From IMG/VR virus record IMGVR_UViG_3300048562_000085, positions 1 through 38,036 of that record: a stretch of DNA of 38,036 nt. One strand, given 5' to 3'. The position numbers and the translations under genes are program-made. The notes below the pieces were generated by a model. It did no database searches and was not told where the DNA came from. It was given only the letters and a program-made list of their open reading frames with translations. Each line of letters begins with the position of its first letter. Position 1 is the stretch's first letter. Below are positions 1 through 9,072 of this stretch, piece by piece. The DNA is from a virus (Duplodnaviria > Caudoviricetes).

Positions 1-159
1 ATGCAGCACGTGCTCAGTTGGCTCGACTCCGGAGGGGTCGGCCTGGACGGAACCAGCCAGGCGGACATTTTGACCCTACTGCGTGGCGCATGGGGGCCTT
101 TTGCCGGGACCGCTCGCGACTGCATGCGGGAGATACTGGACGAGCATTACGACGGATAG
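1..159 (+). CDS. Hypothetical protein (possibly 5'-truncated)
   Basis: Frame 1 is open from base 1 (MQHVLSWLDSGG...DEHYDG) to TAG at 157-159, abutting the GGAG RBS of the next ORF. Confidence 0.5.
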   Translation: MQHVLSWLDSGGVGLDGTSQADILTLLRGAWGPFAGTARDCMREILDEHYDG

Positions 160-171
160 GAGTTAGCCATC

Positions 172-354
172 ATGGAAGTGGAACGATCAATGAACTTTGA
201 AGCACTCACAGCCGATCATCACGCCTTGACTGAGGCGTTCCACGGGATGCTCGGCCGTGTCTTGATGCTGGAAAGCCGTGTGGATCACCTCGAGCGCATG
301 CGCCCGGCTGGCAGTCCGATCACTGGTACGCTCGCCCCGGATGTCACTTCTTGA
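172..354 (+). CDS. Hypothetical protein
   Basis: GGAG upstream; tight packing; short coiled-coil-like segment (VLMLESRVDHLERM). Confidence 0.6.
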   Translation: MEVERSMNFEALTADHHALTEAFHGMLGRVLMLESRVDHLERMRPAGSPITGTLAPDVTS

Positions 355-366
355 AAGGGAGTTCAC

Positions 367-615
367 ATGAGCTTGACCGTTGAAGATTTTCCGCAGGCGA
401 TAGCCGACGAACTGCTTGGAGGTGCTCTCCACGAGATCTACGTCGAGCAGGTCCGGCTGATCTACCCACACGGAACCACGCTCCACTGCGAGTCGTGCGG
501 GCACACCCTGCCGGTCACAGTCGAGCAGCTCGCGCACGCCATGGAATCGTGTTGGCCAAAGCACTGCCGCGGGGATATGCGGATTGGCGATCATTCAGAG
601 GAGGCGAGCCAATGA
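367..615 (+). CDS. Hypothetical protein, possible Zn-binding
   Basis: GGGAG RBS; CESC...CWPKHC motifs; ATGA overlap with the next gene. Confidence 0.65.
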   Translation: MSLTVEDFPQAIADELLGGALHEIYVEQVRLIYPHGTTLHCESCGHTLPVTVEQLAHAMESCWPKHCRGDMRIGDHSEEASQ

Positions 616-938
616 CGGTGGCGTTGTCGGACCTACAGCGAATGCGTTTGCGGATGTACGGTCGCCAGATTGAGGAAATGCTCGATCGCGTCGGCGAACT
701 GGCCCCGGCCCATTGCGTGGCGTTGCGTGCTGCATGTCTGGCGTGCGTTGCCGCCGCGCCCGCCGTGCGGATGTGCTGCCGCGGGGCGATTCCGGTTGTT
801 GACGAGCTTGCGTACCACCTGCTCACGACCGCATTCGATTCCGTCCCGGAATTGCCCGCTGATCTCCGCGATTGGATCGAGGTCATCATCGGGAAGATCG
901 AGGCCACGAATCCGATCGACGATGACATCCGGTACTGA
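612..938 (+). CDS. Hypothetical protein
   Basis: ATG at 612 overlaps the previous stop (ATGA), with GAGGAGG upstream; preferred over the track start at 495. Confidence 0.65.
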   Translation: MTVALSDLQRMRLRMYGRQIEEMLDRVGELAPAHCVALRAACLACVAAAPAVRMCCRGAIPVVDELAYHLLTTAFDSVPELPADLRDWIEVIIGKIEATNPIDDDIRY

Positions 939-941
939 GCG

Positions 942-1160
942 ATGAGGCAAATGATGGTTGTGGCTCCAGACAATCCAAAAACCCCGGTGGACACGATGAA
1001 CGACGCCGAGCTAAACGCCGCCATTGACGAACGTTTCGGCGTTACGCAACAGGCCCTGCGCGAAGCGGCCAAGCCGTTGTTCATGCTCATGTTCCAGGCC
1101 GGAATACGAGCCTTCTACATCGAGCGCGACGGAACCCGCGCGAGCGTCTCGTTTGAATGA
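942..1160 (+). CDS. Hypothetical protein
   Basis: Fills the gap between adjacent co-oriented genes. Confidence 0.55.
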   Translation: MRQMMVVAPDNPKTPVDTMNDAELNAAIDERFGVTQQALREAAKPLFMLMFQAGIRAFYIERDGTRASVSFE

Positions 1161-1184
1161 GTCAACGGAGAAAGGAGTGCCACG

Positions 1185-2120
1185 ATGGCCGACATGAAAA
1201 TCACCGCGATCGCCCCGTGGTTTGGATCGAAAAGGACGCTCGCTCCTCGGATCGTCGCCGAACTCGGATCGCACGCCAGCTACTTCGAGCCATTTTGTGG
1301 CAGTATGGCGGTCTTGCTGGCCAAAGAGCCAGCGAAACAGGAGACCGTCTGCGATTTGCACGGGCATCTAACGAATCTGGCGTGGGTTCTTCAAGATGAA
1401 AGCCTGGCTGTCGAACTCTATGAACGCCTGACGCGGACTCTGTTCTGTGAGTCGGTATTGTCCGAATCGAAGGAGCATCTGGCCCGGCGCAATTTCGCTG
1501 AATGCACGGCGGACGTCGACCGAGCCTATTGGTTCTTCATTCACTCGTGGTGCGCTCGCAATGGCACCAGCGGATCCCGACGAATGAGCTTCCAGATCGC
1601 CGTCCGATGGACAGCCGGCGGAGGTTCGCCCACCGTGCGATTCCGCAAAGCAATCGAGAGTATCCCAGCCTGGCACGAGCGGATCCGAAACGTCGTAATC
1701 CTCAACCGCGACGCGTTCGACGTGTTGCCGTCGATCCCTGATGACCCCGGCATTGCGATCTACTGCGATCCCCCATACCTGCATTCAACGAGGAGCGGCG
1801 ATGGCGACGGCGGGTACCTGCACGACTTTGACGAATTGGCCGGATTTCTCGCCGACCAGGACGAACACGCGAGACTGGCCGGACAATTGAGCCGATTCAC
1901 GCGGGCCCGCGTTGTGGTGAGCTACTACGACCACCCACGTCTTACCTCCCTATATTCTCGCAGTCGATGGACTCACGTCGATTGCGTGATGAACAAGAAT
2001 TTGCACGTTCAGAACCGGCGTGGATCCGGACCGTGCGAGGCCCCAGAAGTGCTGATTCTGAATGGCCCGAGCTATGCCACCAGCAATCAAGGCAGCACGA
2101 AGGAACTTGTAACGCAATAA
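1185..2120 (+). CDS. Dam-like (D12 class, alpha group) N6-adenine DNA methyltransferase
   Basis: PWFGSK, EPFCGS (SAM-binding motif I) and catalytic DPPY in alpha order; AAGGAG RBS. Confidence 0.9.
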   Translation: MADMKITAIAPWFGSKRTLAPRIVAELGSHASYFEPFCGSMAVLLAKEPAKQETVCDLHGHLTNLAWVLQDESLAVELYERLTRTLFCESVLSESKEHLARRNFAECTADVDRAYWFFIHSWCARNGTSGSRRMSFQIAVRWTAGGGSPTVRFRKAIESIPAWHERIRNVVILNRDAFDVLPSIPDDPGIAIYCDPPYLHSTRSGDGDGGYLHDFDELAGFLADQDEHARLAGQLSRFTRARVVVSYYDHPRLTSLYSRSRWTHVDCVMNKNLHVQNRRGSGPCEAPEVLILNGPSYATSNQGSTKELVTQ

Positions 2121-2136
2121 CGGAAAGGACGCCACA

Positions 2137-3789
2137 ATGGCGAGGACAAGGAAGCGACTTTTGCAGGCTGCGGACCTGTTCTGTGGCGGAGGCGGTTTCA
2201 CGACCGGCGCCGAGTCAACCGGCCGCGTGCGCGTGGCACTCGCCATCAACCACTGGCGGACTGCCATTTTCACCCACGAGAGAAACCACCCGGAAACGCG
2301 GCACATTTGCGCCAGGATCGACGACGTGGATCCGAGGAACGATAAGACGCTGCCCGAGTTGGATCTCTTGCTCGCATCGCCCGAATGCACGCATCACAGC
2401 ATTGCCCGAGGCGGGCGGCCGATCGACGATCAGAAACGTGCGACTCCGTGGCACGTATGCGTTTGGGCCGAGGCCAAGCGGCCGGCGGACATTCTGATTG
2501 AGAATGTCCGGGAGTTCCGCGACTGGGGTCCACTCGATGCGGCCTGCAGGCCGGTCAAGGCCAAGAAGGGCGAGATCTTCCGCCAGTGGATCAAGTCGCT
2601 GGAGGCGATCGGCTACGTGATCGATCACCAAATCCTGAACGCGGCGGACTTCGGCGCGGCAACCAAACGCCTGCGCCTATTCATCCACGCGGTACGGGAC
2701 GACATCTACCGCAAACGCGGCCGGTCGATCGCATGGCCCGAGCCGTCGCATGCCGGGGCATGGCGGCCGGCTTTTGAGATTATCGACTGGGCCAAACCTT
2801 GTCCGTCGATTTTCGGCCGAAAGCGTCCGCTCGCCGAAAAGACGCTGCGACGAATCGAACTCGGATTGCGGAAGTTCGTTGGCCAACCGGAACCATTCGT
2901 TGTGGTGCTGCGCCGAAACATGGACGGTCGGACTGTCGCGGAGCCACTCGCCACCGTGACGGCCGGCGCGGAACATCAGGCGTTGGCGGTTCCGTTTCAA
3001 TTCAAGGCGAGAGGGTGCCAGCCTGGGCTCACCAAAGGAATCGATACGCCCGTTCCGACGATCATGGCTGCACGCGATAACCACGCGATCATGGTTCCAT
3101 ATCTGGTCCCCAACTTTGGTGAGCGCCACGGTCAGGACCCACGAACCCACTCGATCAGCGAACCGACTCCGACGGTGACCGGCCATGGGGCTGGAGCGTT
3201 GGCCATGCCGTTCTTCCTGCCGCGCCAAGGCTTCTACGATTGCCACAAGGACAAGCCGCCCGCGTCGATCGAGGAGCCCCTGGGAACGGTTACGGCGAAT
3301 CATGGGCCCGGACAGCTCATAATGCCATTTATCCAGACCCTGACGCATGGGGGGCGCGAGCGGTCTATTTCGCAGCCATTCCCGACCATTACCACGGCCA
3401 ACCGCGGCGAGCATGGCATCGTGACGCCGTTCCTGGCGAAATACTACGGGACCGGCGGCGCTGAGTCACTTGGCGAGCCGATCGACACCGTGACGACGCG
3501 CGACCGGTTTGGGTTGTGCCAGGCGTGGTTGCTTAGAGACTCCTGCCCGCCGGAACTTAGCGGCGACATCAGCCCGGCAATGGCCTCGCTCCTCAAGACC
3601 ATGCGTGAATTGGGTGTCTACGACATTGGTTTCCGGATGCTGGAGCCTGACGAACTCGCCCGGGCCCAGGGATTCCCCGAGGGTTACTACCTGCACGGCA
3701 CGCGCGCGGACCAAGTCCGGCAGGTGGGGAATGCGGTTTGCCCGCCGGTTGCCAGGGCACTGTGCGAGACGATTGCGGAGGCGGCATAG
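2137..3789 (+). CDS. C5-cytosine DNA methyltransferase with long repetitive variable region
   Basis: DLFCGGGG (motif I), SPEC (IV), ENV (VI), R.RLF (VIII), ELARAQGFP (IX), QVGNAV (X). Confidence 0.93.
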   Translation: MARTRKRLLQAADLFCGGGGFTTGAESTGRVRVALAINHWRTAIFTHERNHPETRHICARIDDVDPRNDKTLPELDLLLASPECTHHSIARGGRPIDDQKRATPWHVCVWAEAKRPADILIENVREFRDWGPLDAACRPVKAKKGEIFRQWIKSLEAIGYVIDHQILNAADFGAATKRLRLFIHAVRDDIYRKRGRSIAWPEPSHAGAWRPAFEIIDWAKPCPSIFGRKRPLAEKTLRRIELGLRKFVGQPEPFVVVLRRNMDGRTVAEPLATVTAGAEHQALAVPFQFKARGCQPGLTKGIDTPVPTIMAARDNHAIMVPYLVPNFGERHGQDPRTHSISEPTPTVTGHGAGALAMPFFLPRQGFYDCHKDKPPASIEEPLGTVTANHGPGQLIMPFIQTLTHGGRERSISQPFPTITTANRGEHGIVTPFLAKYYGTGGAESLGEPIDTVTTRDRFGLCQAWLLRDSCPPELSGDISPAMASLLKTMRELGVYDIGFRMLEPDELARAQGFPEGYYLHGTRADQVRQVGNAVCPPVARALCETIAEAA

Positions 3790-3996
3790 ATGATCCTCGT
3801 TTTCGAACAGGACCAAAGATCACATGACGGCAAGCGATGGACGTGGAAACCGTTTCTATTTCGCGGAACATGGAACGGAAAACGGACATGGAGAATAGGG
3901 TGGGGGTTGTGGAGTGTAAGTTACTGTCCGTCGCCGGGGTTGAGAGAGTTCTTTGATCGCGTTCAATCCGGGAAAACGACCTGGTTCGGAAGATAG
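3790..3996 (+). CDS. Hypothetical Trp-rich protein
   Basis: ATG immediately follows the methyltransferase stop; GGAGG upstream. Confidence 0.55.
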   Translation: MILVFEQDQRSHDGKRWTWKPFLFRGTWNGKRTWRIGWGLWSVSYCPSPGLREFFDRVQSGKTTWFGR

Positions 3997-4022
3997 TCAC
4001 ATGCGGTAACGGAGTCGGATCG

Positions 4023-5048
4023 ATGGGCGAACGGAATCACCAAAGGCAATCGGAATTGCCCTTCTCGGAAGCCGAGGCGGCGCACGCCGGCAAATGGAAC
4101 GACGTGTCCTTGGCTCTGAGTCGCATCGGATCGAAGTGCGATCTGTATCTCTCTCGATTCGTGCGAATGGTGTTTGATTTCACCCACGGGGGCACGGAAG
4201 GGGTATTCACCAAGAGCCAAAAGGCCCTGGGGGAACGCCCCGCGTGGCTTTGCTGCAGTGAGCGAAAGGTCCGCAAAACGGTTGAGATGGCCGAGAGACT
4301 GGGCTTTGTCATTGTCGAGAGCCGGCGTTCTCGCAATGGATCGCAAGAGGAAAACTCCTATTTGATCGACTGGGATGGCATTCGGTCGATACTACGCGGC
4401 TCGGTAGCCGGAGGCACAATAGACCGCCCCCCCGGCACCACGTGCCGGGGCCATGGCACAATAGACCGCCCCCCCGGCACCACGTGCCGTCATACTAAGG
4501 AAAGAAGTTCTCCGTTAAGTTCTCTAGAAGAATTTACCGGAACCGGTTCCGGTTCGGGGCCGGACCCGCGATTTGATTCGAGCCATCGAGAGCCGAGCAG
4601 CTTGGGTGCAGCCCTCTACGAAGGATCGCCGATTCTGGCGGAGGCCCGCCAACGCCCGATCGCCCCGCTGCCTCCAGGCGGATTGCAGCACGGGATCTTC
4701 AAGCCGTTGACGCTGAAGGACCTGTCTTATCCTCCGTCGATGGTGAAGTGGCATCGCCGGCAACTTGGCAGCGCCGCTCCCGTCATGGGCGCGACCGAGG
4801 CAGACCTGCTTCTGACCCTTGCAACGGCTCTATACGCGACGTCCCTCGAAGCAGCGGACGTGAAAGGAACCCGCGTCGGAATGTTTGCGTTCACACTGAC
4901 GCGGCGAATATGGGAGCGGAGCGTGCCGTTTGTCCCAGAGGCCGGTGTCCTCTTGGGCAAGGTAATCCGCGATCTTGGCGCCGCTTGGGCAGGGCTCACT
5001 GTCGAGACCGCCCAGGCGGATGAGTCACGCGACGAGGTGCGAGCATGA
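4023..5048 (+). CDS. Putative replication initiator (N-terminal winged HTH, lambda O-like layout)
   Basis: SQKALG...CSERKVRKTVEMAERLGFVIVESRR...NSYLIDW resembles initiator wHTH domains; internal direct repeats and an AT-rich stretch mid-gene. Confidence 0.7.
   Translation: MGERNHQRQSELPFSEAEAAHAGKWNDVSLALSRIGSKCDLYLSRFVRMVFDFTHGGTEGVFTKSQKALGERPAWLCCSERKVRKTVEMAERLGFVIVESRRSRNGSQEENSYLIDWDGIRSILRGSVAGGTIDRPPGTTCRGHGTIDRPPGTTCRHTKERSSPLSSLEEFTGTGSGSGPDPRFDSSHREPSSLGAALYEGSPILAEARQRPIAPLPPGGLQHGIFKPLTLKDLSYPPSMVKWHRRQLGSAAPVMGATEADLLLTLATALYATSLEAADVKGTRVGMFAFTLTRRIWERSVPFVPEAGVLLGKVIRDLGAAWAGLTVETAQADESRDEVRA
4413..4489. repeat. Two exact 35-bp direct repeats (period 42), candidate ori iterons
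   Basis: GGCACAATAGACCGCCCCCCCGGCACCACGTGCCG at 4413-4447 and 4455-4489. Confidence 0.9.
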
Positions 5049-5338
5049 GCGTCTACGTCGACGACTTGTTCCCGACACAGCCCAAGGCCAACTGGCCCTA
5101 CGCGAGGGCATGCCACATGTTCGGCGACGTGGCGGAATTGCACGAAATGGCCGGCCTGATCGGACTATCGCGGAACTGGTTCCAGGCAAAGCCGGCATTT
5201 CCGCACTACGACCTGACGGCCTACAAACGGCAGCAGGCGATCGCCCGCGGAGCGATCCCGGTCGATCGCGAGTTTGCGGTCAACTTCCGGCGCGGGTTAA
5301 GAGAAGCGATCAAGGGAGAGGCAAGAGGCAGCGAATGA
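5045..5338 (+). CDS. DUF4031 family protein
   Basis: MSVYVDD...CHM...ELHEMA..IGLSRNWFQ...PHYDLT..KR..AI..GA signature; ATGA overlap. Confidence 0.85.
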   Translation: MSVYVDDLFPTQPKANWPYARACHMFGDVAELHEMAGLIGLSRNWFQAKPAFPHYDLTAYKRQQAIARGAIPVDREFAVNFRRGLREAIKGEARGSE

Positions 5339-5426
5339 GAACCCGCAGGCATCGAAAACACTCGCGGCGGGCGGGCAGCCGGACGAATCGATCGAGAAAA
5401 GCTTTGCACAAACGGAGGATCCAGCG

Positions 5427-6983
5427 ATGGCGAAAAAAGGCAGACCGAAGAAGACGCAGGCGGGCGGCGCGGCCAGCGAACCTGCAGCCCAGCACGGCGC
5501 AACTACTGGCCGACCTGCAGGCGTGAAGATCACGATGCACGGCGTCGAAATGCTCGATCCGGCGGGCATCGAGCGAAACCCATGGCAACCGCGCTGCCAT
5601 TTCGACGCCGCCGAGGCCAACACGTTGGCGTCCGACATGGCGGCCGGCGTGCAACTGCAGCCGATCCTGGTCCGGCGTGCGGCGGGCCCATTCGCGTATC
5701 AGTTGCTCTGCGGCGAGCGGCGATGGCGGGCGGCCAAGAGGGCGAACGTCGAAATCCGGGCTCAGATCTGCGAGTGCTCGGATCGGGACGCCCGGATGGT
5801 CGCCCTGCACGAAAACACTCGCCGGCAGGATCTTTCGGCGGTCGAGGTCGCCAGATCCTATCAGATGATGTTGGACAACGGCGACGCGACGGGTCCGACC
5901 GACCTGGCCGAGCTGCTCGGCGTGGCGCAGTCGACGGTCTCGAATCGCCTGCGTCTGCTGGGCTTGCCCGAGTCCTGGCAAGGGCGGGTCATTTCCCGGG
6001 AAATCACCGAGCGTCACGCCCGGGCGGTCCTGCCGTATAAGGATGACCCTGCGGCATTGGCGGCCATCGAAACGGCGTTTACAGAGAATCTGGAGGACGG
6101 CGAGGCGCCGACCGTGGCGGAATGGGAATCGTGGATTATCCCACGTGCGGTGCGCGGTACCAGCGACTCGACTGATGCCGAAACGGAGCAAGAGTCTCTT
6201 CCTCATTCCGGAGGCGAGGTCGGTTCCGAGCAAGCCGTGACGGAGATTGCTGGTGGTGAAGCTGAAGATGATCACCCCGACGTCGCGGATGACGGCGGAG
6301 AAACGGATCCGGCTCCGGCCGAGGAGCTCGATCGACGTGTCGAGCCGATGGGCAAGGACTTCGATTCTCGTCTGTGGGGATGGAAGCTGGTGGCCTGCCG
6401 AAAGATGGTTTCCGACAACCTGGCGGTCGCCTCAGCCGAGGATCTGATGCGGCTTGCGTCGTTGGCCCTGACTCAATGGACCGGGGCGCTCTATGACGGC
6501 GATCTCCGGGAAGCCTTACGGGCGGCCGGCTCGAAGCGCTTCAAGGACCCCTGCAAAGAGCTGCTCAGCCTTCAAGATCACGAATGCGATCGCGTCCTGG
6601 CTTCCATAGTCGAGAGGCTGTTTTGGACCAAGGAAGCCGGACCGGTCTACAAAGTTCCGGCCGAGGAGTTGCTGCAGATCGTCGCGTTCTTGAAAATCGA
6701 TTTAGAGTCCGAATGGACGGCCGGCCGGATCGCGGCGCCCGAGGGGTATTGGAATCTCCACAGCAAGGCGCAGCTACTGGCCATTGCGGGGGAAGTGAAG
6801 CTGGCCGACCACCTCTCCGCGATCAGCCAGGATGAGGTTGATTCCTGGGAAACCATCAAGAAGTGTTCAAAGAGTGACCTGATCGCCGTGCTCATGCGCG
6901 CGATGCCAAGCACGGAGGATGGCGCACCCGATGGCATCCCTATGCCCAAGGAGATCTCCCGAGCCAAGGCGCCCAAGCGGTAG
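5427..6983 (+). CDS. ParB/RepB/Spo0J family protein with long C-terminal extension
   Basis: NPWQPR, LQPILVR, GERRWRAA (Arg patch), EN..RQDLSAVEVA and HTH (LAELLGVAQSTVSNRLRLL); GGAGG RBS before 5427. Confidence 0.9.
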   Translation: MAKKGRPKKTQAGGAASEPAAQHGATTGRPAGVKITMHGVEMLDPAGIERNPWQPRCHFDAAEANTLASDMAAGVQLQPILVRRAAGPFAYQLLCGERRWRAAKRANVEIRAQICECSDRDARMVALHENTRRQDLSAVEVARSYQMMLDNGDATGPTDLAELLGVAQSTVSNRLRLLGLPESWQGRVISREITERHARAVLPYKDDPAALAAIETAFTENLEDGEAPTVAEWESWIIPRAVRGTSDSTDAETEQESLPHSGGEVGSEQAVTEIAGGEAEDDHPDVADDGGETDPAPAEELDRRVEPMGKDFDSRLWGWKLVACRKMVSDNLAVASAEDLMRLASLALTQWTGALYDGDLREALRAAGSKRFKDPCKELLSLQDHECDRVLASIVERLFWTKEAGPVYKVPAEELLQIVAFLKIDLESEWTAGRIAAPEGYWNLHSKAQLLAIAGEVKLADHLSAISQDEVDSWETIKKCSKSDLIAVLMRAMPSTEDGAPDGIPMPKEISRAKAPKR

Positions 6984-6998
6984 GCGGAGTCAAGGAAG

Positions 6999-7811
6999 AT
7001 GCGCGAGCCCGATTGGAAATCCGACGATGGATCTGCGAGCCTGTATCTCGGTGAAGCGCTCGAGGTATTGCCGGGCATCCCGGACGCCTCGATCGACGCC
7101 GTCATCGCCGACCCGCCCTATTCGTCCGGAGGGTTTACCCGCGGCGACCGGACGGACGACCCGGCCCGCAAATACGTGTCGACGGGCACCGAGATCATCC
7201 GCGCATCGTTCGCTGGCGACAACCGAGACGGCCGTTCGTGGTGCTACTGGTGTGCCCTGTGGCTTTCCGAGGCCCGGCGCTGCGTTCGACCGTCCGGCAA
7301 GTGTCTCGTGTTCTCCGATTGGCGCCAATTGCCATTGGCGAGCGACGCCATCCAGGCCGGCGGCTTTGTATGGCGCGGGATCATATCGTGGGACAAGGGG
7401 CCGTCGGCCCGGGCTCCGCACACCGGCTATCATCGCCACCAGTGCGAATACCTGGTCTTTGGGACCGCCGGCGTTTCGGAGGCCGACGCCCATGGTGGTC
7501 CCTGGCCCGGCTGTTACCACCATCCGGTGTTGCAGCGGGACAAGCACCATATGACCGGCAAGCCGACCGCGCTGATGGAAGATCTGGTTTCCACGATCCG
7601 TCCCGGCGGCCTGATTCTCGATCCCTTCGCCGGGTCGGGCACCACGGGCGTGGCATGCCTTCGGACCGGGCGGCGGTTCATCGGATGCGAGATCGACCGA
7701 GCCAACTTCGACGTGGCGGTTCGCCGGCTCAGCGCTGAGGCGTCGCGATTCCCGTTGATCCGTGACGCCGACCAACAATTAGACCTTCTGACTGAACCAC
7801 TCAAACCCTAA
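6999..7811 (+). CDS. N6-adenine/N4-cytosine DNA methyltransferase (beta group)
   Basis: Catalytic DPPY precedes H.TGKP and DPFAGSGTT motifs. Confidence 0.92.
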   Translation: MREPDWKSDDGSASLYLGEALEVLPGIPDASIDAVIADPPYSSGGFTRGDRTDDPARKYVSTGTEIIRASFAGDNRDGRSWCYWCALWLSEARRCVRPSGKCLVFSDWRQLPLASDAIQAGGFVWRGIISWDKGPSARAPHTGYHRHQCEYLVFGTAGVSEADAHGGPWPGCYHHPVLQRDKHHMTGKPTALMEDLVSTIRPGGLILDPFAGSGTTGVACLRTGRRFIGCEIDRANFDVAVRRLSAEASRFPLIRDADQQLDLLTEPLKP

Positions 7812-7826
7812 CGAAGGAGAGCGATT

Positions 7827-8174
7827 GTGGGACTGCAAAGACTGAGTCTCGAAACCATCAAGAGCCTGGACGGCGGCGCCGCCCTGGAGACCTTCCAGAA
7901 CGCGGTGCAGCGGGCCGTTCGCGACTGCATGGAGCGGCCAGGCGATAAGCGGGCCCGCAAGGTGGTCCTGCAACTCGCCCTGACGCCGGTCCCGCAGATC
8001 GACGGCAACACGATCGACTGTGACGGTGCCAAGGGCGTCTTTCAGTGCCGGGTGAAGATTCCCGACTGGGAGACCCGAGAGGTCGACTTCGGCGTCCAGA
8101 ACTCGGGCGACCTGATCTTCAATCCCGACAGCCCGCGCGATCATCGTCAAACGACCCTACTCGGCGACGACTAG
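7827..8174 (+). CDS. Conserved phage protein, partner of DUF2303-like gene (YfdP-like position)
   Basis: AAGGAG RBS with GTG start; L..LDGGA..E.F...VQR...D....P.DK.ARKV.L.L.L.P pattern recalled from phage early gene pairs. Confidence 0.6.
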   Translation: MGLQRLSLETIKSLDGGAALETFQNAVQRAVRDCMERPGDKRARKVVLQLALTPVPQIDGNTIDCDGAKGVFQCRVKIPDWETREVDFGVQNSGDLIFNPDSPRDHRQTTLLGDD

Positions 8175-8214
8175 GGCAAACCATTTCCCTTCAACCATTT
8201 TTCGGAGAAATAAC

Positions 8215-8985
8215 GTGTTAAGAGCAGCTCTCGAATTGATCCAACAGACATCCCGTGAAGCTCAGTCGGCGACGCTGTTGCCGGAGTTGAGCGCCGGAGG
8301 CAGAAAGGCGTTTTACCAGCACGGGACCGAAATCAAGGAGTTTACAGTCCCACCCAGCGCGAGAAACCACACCGTCCACAGCTTGGTCGACCTGATCCTC
8401 TATGCCCGGCGCCCAGACAACCAAGCTCCGGTCGTGTGGCATGACAATACAGGCGTCGTCCTGCTCGTTGACGATGCCGATCGTCGCGAACGCGTTACAT
8501 TCCCGTTGACGTGGTCTGAACGCCTGGTGACGCTACAGAACCTGGCCGCCAAGAAGCCCTGCTTTGACCAAGCTGCTTTTGTCCGGCTTCTTCGGATCGA
8601 GCTCGGCCTGGATAACGTCGCGGTCGTCGCGCAGTTTCGCAAGCTGGAGTGGTCCGCAGGAAATGAAGGCAGCGGAGATGTCCAGCATGGCATGAACCGC
8701 CTGGCCAAGTCCGTCGTCGCGAAGGTGCAGGGAATCGGCGACTTACCCGATGAACTCAATGTCCCCGTCCCTGTGTACCAGCAGATGGGCGAACAAAAAG
8801 AGTACCTCGTCAAGTGTGCCGTCGAGATCGACACTTGCAACCAACGCCTGCAGCTCCTTCCCCTGCCGGACACCCTCGAGCGCGTGGTTGACCTTGCGCA
8901 GGCCAGCATCCACGAGCGGCTGGTAGCAGCCTTGGGTGAGATCGAGAACAAGCCGGCCATTCCGGTCTACTACGGGAGGCCGTGA
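8215..8985 (+). CDS. DUF2303/YfdQ-like protein
   Basis: HSLVDLILY, RVTFPLTWS, FDQAAFVRLL and LPDELNVPVPVY segments resemble DUF2303 blocks; GGAG RBS. Confidence 0.55.
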   Translation: MLRAALELIQQTSREAQSATLLPELSAGGRKAFYQHGTEIKEFTVPPSARNHTVHSLVDLILYARRPDNQAPVVWHDNTGVVLLVDDADRRERVTFPLTWSERLVTLQNLAAKKPCFDQAAFVRLLRIELGLDNVAVVAQFRKLEWSAGNEGSGDVQHGMNRLAKSVVAKVQGIGDLPDELNVPVPVYQQMGEQKEYLVKCAVEIDTCNQRLQLLPLPDTLERVVDLAQASIHERLVAALGEIENKPAIPVYYGRP

Positions 8986-9003
8986 TACGAAGAGGCATTT
9001 TTC

Positions 9004-9031
9004 GGGGCCGGGAGAATGGACTCCCGGCCCC
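9004..9031 (+). promoter_or_regulatory. Perfect 11-bp hairpin with AAUGGA loop, candidate CsrA-binding site
   Basis: GGGGCCGGGAG-AATGGA-CTCCCGGCCCC, about 40 nt upstream of the csrA-like start. Confidence 0.55.
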
Positions 9032-9072
9032 AGGGACATTTTGCAAGAACAAACCTTTGAAAGGATTCGACG

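Noticed and set aside
4413-4489. 35-bp repeat pair as a mini-CRISPR
   Set aside because: Only 7 nt separate the copies, and they lie in frame within an initiator-like gene; iterons explain them better.
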